Assembly: GCA_003349885.1 (NCBI GenBank)
Contig: QFXC01000011.1
Span: 449,977 to 513,976, forward strand
DNA from: an endosymbiont of Galathealinum brachiosum
GTDB taxonomy: Bacteria; Pseudomonadota; Gammaproteobacteria; SZUA-229
Length of the DNA: 64,000 nt
Reading direction: 5' to 3'
The position numbers and the translations under genes are program-made. Positions 9,304 through 17,538 of this stretch are shown piece after piece. The first letter of the stretch is position 1. The number at the start of each line of letters is the position of its first letter. The notes under the pieces are model-generated. The model searched no databases and was not told the origin of the DNA. It saw only the letters and a program-made list of their open reading frames with translations.

Positions 9304-9606
9304 TTAAGCTGCTACATTCTGATTGAGGCGATTAAGAATATTCAACGCTATTACTTTATAAATAGAATCTTTAGCATTAATGACTTTTATATAATCACTA
9401 ATGCCATCACGACCTATTTCATATGCAAGAACCCCAAATAGTTCATCGGCAAATGAGTCAGATATAGAGAAAACGTTGGAAAAATCAAACTCCACCCTGT
9501 TTCCACGGGTTATAATTTGATTTACAGCCTCCCTATAGTTTCTCGCTTTAGCTCGAGAAGCTAAGTCACTTTCTAACAGTACTATAATGTTTGTTTTCAT
9601 TCTCAT
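9304..9606 (-). CDS. STAS-like (DUF4325) protein, anti-anti-sigma fold
   Basis: VEFDFSNVFSISDSFADELFG motif; ATGA overlap with the upstream kinase gene. Confidence 0.85.
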   Translation of the reverse strand: MRMKTNIIVLLESDLASRAKARNYREAVNQIITRGNRVEFDFSNVFSISDSFADELFGVLAYEIGRDGISDYIKVINAKDSIYKVIALNILNRLNQNVAA

Positions 9607-10541
9607 CTCCTCAGAAGGCTCACAATGTCTGAAATTTCGGGGCTATCTTTAGTTTCTTCGGCCTTAGAAAGATTACCTATAGGAAATCTACACGAAATAG
9701 CTACACCTTGCCAAGGTTCGCTTATAATTTCATTTGAGATATTTCCAGTGCTATCTATAGTATATATACAATCACCGGAACAAATGCAAAGGTTTCCTGC
9801 ATACTTTCTGACCAGCTGAATCAGCTTATACAGACCTAATCCTTGATGATGATTATCAGAATGGAACGTAGGCACATTGTTCCCATATGGGTTTCCACCT
9901 GTTTGATCTGTTGGTACCTTTTGATCCCAATCATTCTCAGGGGCGTCTCTTAGCTTGGTCGAATGCCCTTTTTGAATACACCATTCTATAGCTCCTTGGT
10001 GATCAGAGACTTCTAACCCAATACTTGTAACTTCTCGTAGAAACCCAAGCCCACTGTCTACCAGAGCAAATTCGAGACTTCCATTAAATTTCTGTGCCAT
10101 AGAGAAGCCAGTATTGAGGCCATGTGACCAAACATTATCATGGAGTTCTCCAACAACATTACATAAGTCTGATATGCCCTGTCCCTCCTCATGTTCACTA
10201 CAGCTTCTTATGCAGCTATTAATGGTAGAAGTCGCTTGATCTGTAACCTCTTGGCAATCAAGCTGTACAAGTGTTGAATAATTCAGCCCTTCATTTATTC
10301 GTTCATATTCATATGAATCAACCCCTGAAAGGTGCTTATCAAAAGCAATTGCCTTGGAATAGCCTTCTTGCACTTGATTACCAAATTGAACATTTTCTGT
10401 GGTGTATTTTTGCTTTTTACCTAAGCAAGCAGCAATAACCCAAAATCCTGGACTACAAAATTCATCTGGTAAAAGGAGCATATTTATCTCCAGTACATTA
10501 ATGTCATTTATGTTCTTAAGTGTTTTTCGAAGACTATACAT
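9603..10541 (-). CDS. GHKL/HATPase_c protein of anti-sigma-kinase type
   Basis: N-box ELHDNVWSHG, G1 VDSGLGF, G2 HQGLGL, G3 QGVAI. No HisKA phospho-His region or TM segments. Confidence 0.8.
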   Translation of the reverse strand: MYSLRKTLKNINDINVLEINMLLLPDEFCSPGFWVIAACLGKKQKYTTENVQFGNQVQEGYSKAIAFDKHLSGVDSYEYERINEGLNYSTLVQLDCQEVTDQATSTINSCIRSCSEHEEGQGISDLCNVVGELHDNVWSHGLNTGFSMAQKFNGSLEFALVDSGLGFLREVTSIGLEVSDHQGAIEWCIQKGHSTKLRDAPENDWDQKVPTDQTGGNPYGNNVPTFHSDNHHQGLGLYKLIQLVRKYAGNLCICSGDCIYTIDSTGNISNEIISEPWQGVAISCRFPIGNLSKAEETKDSPEISDIVSLLRR

Positions 10542-10546
10542 CTATT

Positions 10547-10574
10547 GTCTATGTTAGTGAGTCTATGTTAGTGA
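10547..10574. repeat. Perfect 14-bp tandem duplication just upstream of the kinase start codon
   Basis: GTCTATGTTAGTGA x2. Confidence 0.9.
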
Positions 10575-10671
10575 GTTTTTGTTGTTGGTCATTATAGTGG
10601 GGGATCAAAATTTAGATACAAATATAGTAACTGAATAGAAATATCGATTGGAAATATATTCTGTTTTGTAC

Positions 10672-11322
10672 CTATTTTGAGATCTTTGGAAATTTAGATA
10701 GAAATAAGTTCTCAATCATATTTTGTGCTTGATCGTTAAAATCTTTAATAGGTCGGGTTCTGTATACGGTACCCCTCCATACTTGATGGTTGTATTTAGG
10801 GGCTCCTGTCCACAATATTGGCTTAATACCTAATTCCCAGTAAGGTACATCATAGGACTCATGCCCTCCTGACCAACCAGACCCTCCGTATTGCCCTAAA
10901 TAAACACCACTATATGCTTGACCTGGAACGGTGACTTTCATTTGGCTTTCGATGAATGCTACAGTCAGAATTAGATCTGGATAATTTTTTAGGTCACGGA
11001 CGTTTATTTGTTTACCACCGTCTATATGATGTAAGTTCTTTAGGGGAATGAAATGTACTATATAACCTCTATTTTCCAGTTCAGTCTTACAATAAGCTAA
11101 CAGTGTTTTTTCAATAAGACCATCCACACCCAACTTTTTTCCTTCCTCTGTCCAGTAGCCTGTAACGAGTCCTATGGTTCTGGTAGATTTAAGGTCAAAT
11201 AATGGATCTGTAATGCCATCATAGGTGGTTTTATGGTTTATTGGTCCGACGGGTTGGCAACCAGATATTAGGGGAAGCATTATAGCCAGATATGTGATGG
11301 TGCTTTTTAGCATACATTTCAC
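10672..11322 (-). CDS. Lipoprotein of unknown function (DUF4136-like)
   Basis: Lipobox LISG|C; Gly/Tyr-rich loop YSGVYLGQYGGSGWSGG; C-terminal VWRGT. Confidence 0.65.
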   Translation of the reverse strand: MKCMLKSTITYLAIMLPLISGCQPVGPINHKTTYDGITDPLFDLKSTRTIGLVTGYWTEEGKKLGVDGLIEKTLLAYCKTELENRGYIVHFIPLKNLHHIDGGKQINVRDLKNYPDLILTVAFIESQMKVTVPGQAYSGVYLGQYGGSGWSGGHESYDVPYWELGIKPILWTGAPKYNHQVWRGTVYRTRPIKDFNDQAQNMIENLFLSKFPKISK

Positions 11323-11446
11323 CTTTAGTTATTATGTAATTATTCTTAATATATAACCATGCCACATGAGTATTAGTATATTAAAAATACCTATGTTTAA
11401 ATTTGAGTTTAAGCAACCAATATGTAAAGTAGCCTGATTTTAATAA

Positions 11447-11470
11447 ATTTGTGCCCATTATAGTGCCCAT
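11447..11470. repeat. Integrase arm-type sites (right)
   Basis: GTGCCCAT at 11451 and 11463 (12-bp period, same as the left pair). Confidence 0.75.
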
Positions 11471-11502
11471 TTAATGATTAAAGGAAATATAGATGTTAGG
11501 TA

Positions 11503-11515
11503 AATCAAAGACTTA
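11503..11515 (+). promoter_or_regulatory. IHF site in the attR arm
   Basis: AATCAAAGACTTA matches WATCAANNNNTTR and lies between the arm sites and the core. Confidence 0.7.
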
Positions 11516-11530
11516 TAACAATTTGTTACA

Positions 11531-11548
11531 TTTTGTATAGGTAAGTGA
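11531..11548 (+). repeat. attR core (displaced copy of the mnmE 3' end)
   Basis: TTT TGT ATA GGT AAG TGA encodes FCIGK-stop, the same peptide as the mnmE end. Confidence 0.88.
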
Positions 11549-11549
11549 A

Positions 11550-11972
11550 ATGAAATATATCATTAAATATCTGGTGTTAATGCTGTTAATAAACACGAAT
11601 GTATTTGCCGTAGAAAAATATAATCCGGACAGTGGTGATAAGGAGCTTGATGAATCATTGGTCTTAATACATAAAAATATTAATAGAAATAAAAAATCAA
11701 AATTAAGCCATTTTGTAGACAGGATAGCAGAAGAGTTTCAGATTCCTGTTGGAAAAGTTGAAGAACTGTTTAACCATTATAAGTTTAAAGTTCCAGATGT
11801 ACTAATGAGTGTGTCGATTGCCGATGTGAGTGGTGAACCATTACAGAATGTCGCTGGACTGTATTTTAAAAATAAAGAGAAAGGCTGGAAATATGCATTG
11901 AAGCAATTAAATATACGCAAGGGCAGTAAGATTTATAATCAGATAAAAAAAGACATAACAAGTATTCAATAA
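11550..11972 (+). CDS. Exported hypothetical protein
   Basis: Sec-type signal ending VFA|VE; 140-aa ORF starting 1 nt after attR. Confidence 0.7.
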   Translation: MKYIIKYLVLMLLINTNVFAVEKYNPDSGDKELDESLVLIHKNINRNKKSKLSHFVDRIAEEFQIPVGKVEELFNHYKFKVPDVLMSVSIADVSGEPLQNVAGLYFKNKEKGWKYALKQLNIRKGSKIYNQIKKDITSIQ

Positions 11973-11987
11973 TAAGAATAATTAAAA

Positions 11988-13940
11988 ATGAAGTATTTTA
12001 GGTATCCTCTGATAATAATATGTACATTAATCATAGTTATTATTTCGGCATTAACAATAATTAATTTCTCAAATATAAACTTTTCAAAACCCTATATTAC
12101 AAAATTAATAAGTGAAGCATTAAATAGAGAGATTAAATTTAATGGCGACATAAATATTAAATTTATACCCCCTCATATAACAATTAATAATGTAGAACTT
12201 GAAAATGCAGCATGGAAGACATCAGAAAATCAGATTGATTTAGAAAGCATGGATGTAATTCTGGATTTAGATTCTTTACTATCCGCGGAAGTGAAAATCA
12301 GCCAGATTAATCTTAAAGGTATAAAATTAGATTTACATAATGACAGCAAAGACAGGGCAAACTGGTTTTTTGGAAAAACGACTCAATCTGATGATGATAA
12401 AAGTGAAAAGAACAAGAAACCTGTCGTTTTACCATTCCACTCTAATATTGATATCAGTCTTTCAGATATTACTGTTATCTATAAAGATGAAATCATAAAA
12501 CATGATCATTCTTTTTTTATAGAAGAATTAAAACTGAGAAATAAAAATAATAAATCACATATTTTTATAAATGCTGTACATAATAGTGAACATCTAAATT
12601 TAGATATAGAAACTGAGTTGCTAAAGAATATTTTGGTTGTAAAAAAATTACCAATAATGATTACAGGTAATTATGGAAATATAGAAATTGAGCTTGATAC
12701 GGAAATTCCGCTTAAGGAAATAGACACAGAAAAACTTGTCATTGAGTTTGATATAGATTTTGAGAATTTTTCTACAATTGATAAGTTTATTAAGTCAGGA
12801 CTACCAGTAATACGTAATGAACTGGGAAGAATAGATATAAAGGGAAAACTTATAAAGAAAGAGAAAAAAATAACATTAGAGATGAAAAGTTCAAAAATAG
12901 GAAAATCTGTGTTTGAAGGTGATATAGAATATGTTGCTGATGCTGTTAGGCCGAAAATAAAAGCGGCAATGGAGTTTGAGAAACTTGATTTACTGTTTTT
13001 AAACAAAGATTCGAATAAAAAACAGGTGAAAACAGAACCAATAGAGAAAACTGAAAGAGATGTTCTGTTTTCTGAAACTAAACTTGATTTGAATTTTTTA
13101 AATAAAGTAGATACAGATTTAAATATAAAAATTGAAGATATTGATCATAAACAGTTAGAGTTTGAGACGTTAGATCTTATAGCCTCTCTGAAAAATGGTT
13201 TATTAATAATTAAAAAATTGCATATAGTTAATAATCGAGATGAAGAAATTGACCTGAAATTACGTCTTGATACTAAAAATGATAATAAAGTTGATTTATT
13301 ATTTATAACAGAAAATTTAAAATTAGGTGAAAATGATGTTTTGTCTGAGTACATAACCGGTGCGAATACAAATTTAAAAGTAAATCTTCAGGGTAAAGGG
13401 GATTCCGTTAAAAATATGATGGCAAACCTCAATGGACAGGTGGTAGTGAAAGTAGGAGAAGGTACGGTTGATAAAGATCTTTTAAAGTTTATAGGCAGCA
13501 ATATTTTAATGGATCTAGTTGATGCTGTGAATCCAGTTTCTGATTCATCTGAAACATCCAGTCTTGAATGTGCAGTTGTAAGACTGGATATAAAAGATGG
13601 CGTAGCAACCGCAAATAAGGGTGTTGTTATGCAAACGGATAAAATACAGGTTATCAGTAGTGGCATGATTGATTTAAAAAATGAAACATTAGAATTTGGT
13701 ATAAAACCACAGGCAAGAGAAGGCATAGAGCTTAATCTTAATAGTCTGGCATCAATGGTAAAAATAGATGGATCAATTAAAACCCCTACTATCTCCATGA
13801 GTGTTAAAGATACAGCGGTGGTTTATTCTTATTTTGCTACGGGAGGTGTTACTTTTTTGGCCAAGTCGTTATTTGATACAGCAACACGGGATGGTAATCC
13901 ATGTAAAACGGCATTGTTGGGGCCTGATGAAGTAAATTAG
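11988..13940 (+). CDS. AsmA-family protein
   Basis: N-terminal TM, LNREIKFNGDI...NW.F segment, beta-taco repeats, C-terminal LECAVVRLDIKDG...GSIKTP. Confidence 0.88.
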   Translation: MKYFRYPLIIICTLIIVIISALTIINFSNINFSKPYITKLISEALNREIKFNGDINIKFIPPHITINNVELENAAWKTSENQIDLESMDVILDLDSLLSAEVKISQINLKGIKLDLHNDSKDRANWFFGKTTQSDDDKSEKNKKPVVLPFHSNIDISLSDITVIYKDEIIKHDHSFFIEELKLRNKNNKSHIFINAVHNSEHLNLDIETELLKNILVVKKLPIMITGNYGNIEIELDTEIPLKEIDTEKLVIEFDIDFENFSTIDKFIKSGLPVIRNELGRIDIKGKLIKKEKKITLEMKSSKIGKSVFEGDIEYVADAVRPKIKAAMEFEKLDLLFLNKDSNKKQVKTEPIEKTERDVLFSETKLDLNFLNKVDTDLNIKIEDIDHKQLEFETLDLIASLKNGLLIIKKLHIVNNRDEEIDLKLRLDTKNDNKVDLLFITENLKLGENDVLSEYITGANTNLKVNLQGKGDSVKNMMANLNGQVVVKVGEGTVDKDLLKFIGSNILMDLVDAVNPVSDSSETSSLECAVVRLDIKDGVATANKGVVMQTDKIQVISSGMIDLKNETLEFGIKPQAREGIELNLNSLASMVKIDGSIKTPTISMSVKDTAVVYSYFATGGVTFLAKSLFDTATRDGNPCKTALLGPDEVN

Positions 13941-14023
13941 ATTATAGAATGAGGGAGTTTTGTTGATGTGTCTGCAAGCCCCTGGCTTCATGAGAATCTG
14001 ATTTCTGTGTAGTCACCGCGCTG

Positions 14024-14057
14024 GTCACTTTCTTTTTTCTGTAGAAAAGAAAGTGAC
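14024..14057. terminator. 13-bp perfect inverted repeat between convergent genes (terminator or REP-like)
   Basis: GTCACTTTCTTTT / AAAAGAAAGTGAC with an 8-nt loop. Confidence 0.55.
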
Positions 14058-14152
14058 TTGCTAAGCTAGCAACACCACAGAATTCTAATTCGAATAAAGA
14101 TTAGAGCTTGATAGGACTTCTGCAGTCGAAATAACGGATTAACAATTAAACC

Positions 14153-15259
14153 CTAAGACAAATGATAATGATCACTCAAAAATTCAAGTACCTCATTATG
14201 AGAACCCTTAAAAACAACACGTTCTACTTTCTTACTAAACTGATAGTCATACATAGGGTCATAATAATCCACCAGTAAAGACTTTATCCAGTCCCTATGG
14301 AATTCCGTAATATTATTTTCTCGTTGTTGATCAATTGCATAAGTTAATAATGATTTGAGCTGCTTATGTCTGACACCGCCTAAACGACGTTGAATTTTAT
14401 CAATGGCCTCTATTAACTGCATGGACCATTTTTCAAAACCTGCGTCATCACCATAATGTTGTTGATGCTCAGCTAGCGCTTCAATAATGTATTCATGAAA
14501 GGTAATATTAATACGTTCGTCCACAGTGGCTTCCAGCTGAATAAGCGGTGATTGCTGCATTTTATTATATAAAATTTCAGGTATACGCCTTGAGCCAATA
14601 TTTGGGGCCTCGTCTTCAAATACAATTTGTGAAACCTGATTGTCCAGGTGACGAATAAGTGAGATAGATAAATTATTCTCAATATCAATTTGAGATGGTT
14701 GAGCCGTTACGTGTTTACCAAAAACAGAGCCTCTGTGATGAAACAGTCCTTCAAGATCAATTTGCTGTTTCAGTTTATCTAATAAGATTGTTTTTCCTAT
14801 GCCGGTACGACCACCAAGCATAATAGGCTGAATATTTTCTACAGAGTTTTCAAGTTCATCGATCAGGTAGCGGCGCATGGCTTTATAACCACCTTTAACC
14901 CGCGGAAAGATAATACCTGTTTTTTCATATATCCATTGTTGAGATATTTTTGAACGCATGCCACCACGAAAACAATACAGTACACCTTGAGGGTATTGAT
15001 CGAAAAATGACTGCCAGTGATTAACCCGTTCTTCCTTAATATCTCCCTGAACCAGATTATGTCCCAGTTTAATGGCTTCATCCTGCCCCATATTTTTATA
15101 TTTAATACCGATGGTTTCCCTTTCTTTATCGTTTATAAGCGGAAAGTTTTCGGCAAAGGGGAATGCACCCTGAGAAAACTCAACAGGTGCACGTACATCA
15201 AGTAAAGGGGTCTGGTTTAAGAATAATGAACGGTAATCGTCAATTTGAGGAAGATCCAT
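14153..15259 (-). CDS. mnmH: tRNA 2-selenouridine synthase MnmH (SelU)
   Basis: Rhodanese domain DVRAPVEF...LYCFRGGMRS, plus P-loop GRTGIGKT, DLEGLFHHRGSVFG and LLVDYYDPMY. Confidence 0.95.
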   Translation of the reverse strand: MDLPQIDDYRSLFLNQTPLLDVRAPVEFSQGAFPFAENFPLINDKERETIGIKYKNMGQDEAIKLGHNLVQGDIKEERVNHWQSFFDQYPQGVLYCFRGGMRSKISQQWIYEKTGIIFPRVKGGYKAMRRYLIDELENSVENIQPIMLGGRTGIGKTILLDKLKQQIDLEGLFHHRGSVFGKHVTAQPSQIDIENNLSISLIRHLDNQVSQIVFEDEAPNIGSRRIPEILYNKMQQSPLIQLEATVDERINITFHEYIIEALAEHQQHYGDDAGFEKWSMQLIEAIDKIQRRLGGVRHKQLKSLLTYAIDQQRENNITEFHRDWIKSLLVDYYDPMYDYQFSKKVERVVFKGSHNEVLEFLSDHYHLS

Positions 15260-15371
15260 AAATACAGCTTACGATGCTAGATAGTAATTGAAGTAGGCCA
15301 TTATACGCCTATATAGGTGCTTATGAGGGTAATCGTCAGTTATAGATGTGTTAATGTTGATATAACGTAAT

Positions 15372-15677
15372 CTATATTAGCCGTTTGAGAAAAACCTTCA
15401 TTTCTTTTGCAGCCTGAATATCACCCTTATTTTCAGCTATTTGGATGCCTTTATTATAGGTATTTATAGCTAGCTGATTTTGCTCTGTTTTGGCATAGGC
15501 TTTACCTAATAGTTTATAAGCAGCGGAATATTCGTGATCAAATTCCAGTGCTTTAAGCAGGTGTTCGATTGAGGTTAAATAATCCCCCTGCTTTAGCAGG
15601 GCCTGACCAAGGCCAAAACGCAGGATTAAACTGTCCTGACCCTGATCTAACATTGAATTAAGGGAATCTATATTCAT
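15372..15677 (-). CDS. Small TPR protein
   Basis: LRFGLGQALLK...YSAAYKLLGKAY TPR pattern. Confidence 0.85.
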   Translation of the reverse strand: MNIDSLNSMLDQGQDSLILRFGLGQALLKQGDYLTSIEHLLKALEFDHEYSAAYKLLGKAYAKTEQNQLAINTYNKGIQIAENKGDIQAAKEMKVFLKRLI

Positions 15678-15774
15678 AACTACTATTATATATGAGATGA
15701 ATAGTACAATAACAGTTAATAGCTGAGAGCCAGATTACGGTTTTCAGGCGCAGTAAGTGTAATAATTGAGAATT

Positions 15775-16161
15775 ATGAGAACCATATACTTTATATTAGG
15801 TTGGGCCTTCTTTGCTTTAGGAGCAATAGGCGTACTTTTACCCGTAGTGCCTACTACACCATTTATGCTGCTGGCGTTATGGGCTTTTTCACGGAGTTCA
15901 GAACGATTTCATAGCTGGTTGTATAACCATCGTTTTTTTGGGCCCCCATTACAAATGTGGAATAAACACAGTGTGATACCCCTGCCAGCTAAAATAATGT
16001 CGATCGGTTTTATGGGCATCAGTTTTGTGTTTATGATGGTTTTTTCACCGCACAGCATTATATTGAAAGCGGCTATAGGCCTACTTATGTTATATGGAGG
16101 CTGGTTTGTTTTAAGCAAACCCTCAAATCCACCTAAAAATGATCATTGCGTAGAACTATAA
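15775..16161 (+). CDS. ybaN: YbaN/DUF454 inner-membrane protein
   Basis: GAIGVLLPVVPTTPFMLLA...SSERFHSWL...FGP. Confidence 0.88.
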   Translation: MRTIYFILGWAFFALGAIGVLLPVVPTTPFMLLALWAFSRSSERFHSWLYNHRFFGPPLQMWNKHSVIPLPAKIMSIGFMGISFVFMMVFSPHSIILKAAIGLLMLYGGWFVLSKPSNPPKNDHCVEL

Positions 16162-16169
16162 GAAATAGT

Positions 16170-16643
16170 ATGTCTAGTATATTGAAAAAATTTCTACAGG
16201 CTGATGAATTCAAACAGCCTCATGTCTGTGAAATCGTTAATTACGAAAGTGGCGATTGCATCATGATGGAAGGAGAAGAGAGCCTGGATGTTTATTATAT
16301 AGAACAAGGTCATGTTCGAATTAATAAACGGGTAGTTTTGCATGATGGCAGGCAAATACAATCAGGTTTTTGTGATTTAGGACCAGGTGATACATTTGGA
16401 GAATTAAACCTTTTTGATGGCTCACCCCGAAGTGCATCGGTTATTGCATGTGATGATGTGGAAGTTACGCGGATAAATAGAAAAATATTATTAGACTATA
16501 TGGATAAGCATCCTGAGGAGGCTTATCTCTTATTTAAACATTGGTTACAAAGGTTGGCGAGTAATATACGTCAGTCAAATGATCGAAGTAGTCATTTGTT
16601 TGCCTGGGGGCTTAATCAGTATGGAATTGATGAAGAATTATAA
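16170..16643 (+). CDS. Stand-alone cyclic-nucleotide-binding domain protein
   Basis: Phosphate-binding cassette FGELNLFDGSPRSASV; no HTH. ATG 16170 preferred as start. Confidence 0.85.
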   Translation: MSSILKKFLQADEFKQPHVCEIVNYESGDCIMMEGEESLDVYYIEQGHVRINKRVVLHDGRQIQSGFCDLGPGDTFGELNLFDGSPRSASVIACDDVEVTRINRKILLDYMDKHPEEAYLLFKHWLQRLASNIRQSNDRSSHLFAWGLNQYGIDEEL

Positions 16644-16662
16644 ATTAGGTCTATTATAAAAA

Positions 16663-17007
16663 ATGAATAATAAATTGAAATTGCCACTGCCAAAAGATAA
16701 AAAACTGGAAGTTTTTTTTAGGGTTGAATCCGGATGTCTTGGTCCTCAGGGTGAAGAGCATGTAAATGATTTTTGTACCTCAGCACAAAAAGAAGTTGAT
16801 GTAATTGATGCCGATTTTGTTCACTGGAATATTATTCCAAGGCATGACAAAAAATTACCTGAAATGGAATATAAACTAAATAATAAAAAATTAACCCATG
16901 ATAAAGCAGCAAAGTATTTAAGTTTTTTTGATAAAAATCTTGATGAATTTGAAGGCCACTTACATGATAAGCTGGCATTACTAATTGATGAATATTTAGG
17001 GCATTAG
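16663..17007 (+). CDS. Hypothetical protein
   Basis: 114-aa ORF in a co-oriented run, with an RVESGCLGPQG motif. Confidence 0.65.
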   Translation: MNNKLKLPLPKDKKLEVFFRVESGCLGPQGEEHVNDFCTSAQKEVDVIDADFVHWNIIPRHDKKLPEMEYKLNNKKLTHDKAAKYLSFFDKNLDEFEGHLHDKLALLIDEYLGH

Positions 17008-17025
17008 TTTTAATGTCTTGATTAA

Positions 17026-17496
17026 ATGGTTATGAGTATAAATATGAGAATGAAAATAATATTTTTAACAATATTCGTTCTGTTTACACAGCCAACAACA
17101 GCGGATGAAAAATTAACCTTAAATAAACTCGTTGAAAATAAATATCATTTAATGACGAGCAATGAAATCAGTGAAATTCTGATAGACAAAACAGTGATAC
17201 TAAAAGATCTGTTATCAGAAGCTGTTTATGAAATATCTATTAATAAAGAAGGTAAGATTGATAAAAAAATTATCAAAGAAAAAACCCCTAAAATGTTAAC
17301 AAATATTGAATATCACTCACGGGCCGATATGTTAAGTGGCTCTATTAAATTTTCAATAGGCGGCAACAAAATAATATCCACAGATGGGGTAAGAACATAT
17401 ATGTCCAGTTTATACAAGAAAGGTAACAAAATTTTCGGTGTGCGTGATATTGATCATGATATTGTGAATTTTGAAATAATCAGTAAAAAAGAATAA
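17026..17496 (+). CDS. Exported hypothetical protein
   Basis: Signal-peptide-like N-terminus; start may be 17050. Confidence 0.6.
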   Translation: MVMSINMRMKIIFLTIFVLFTQPTTADEKLTLNKLVENKYHLMTSNEISEILIDKTVILKDLLSEAVYEISINKEGKIDKKIIKEKTPKMLTNIEYHSRADMLSGSIKFSIGGNKIISTDGVRTYMSSLYKKGNKIFGVRDIDHDIVNFEIISKKE

Positions 17497-17538
17497 TCCC
17501 CTCAAGTTAAAACTTAATAACAAGTCTATACGTACAAA

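Larger units (their letters stand above)
6177..11548 (+). mobile_element. Integrative element at the mnmE (trmE) 3' end; 5,354 bp between att cores
   Basis: Imperfect 18-bp direct repeats at both ends, integrase beside the left end, alpA, and matching arm-type and IHF sites at both ends. Confidence 0.9.

Noticed and set aside
14153-15259. Selenoproteins (UGA read-through) implied by mnmH
   Set aside because: No in-frame TGA interrupting a recognisable protein was seen; MnmH concerns tRNA selenation only.
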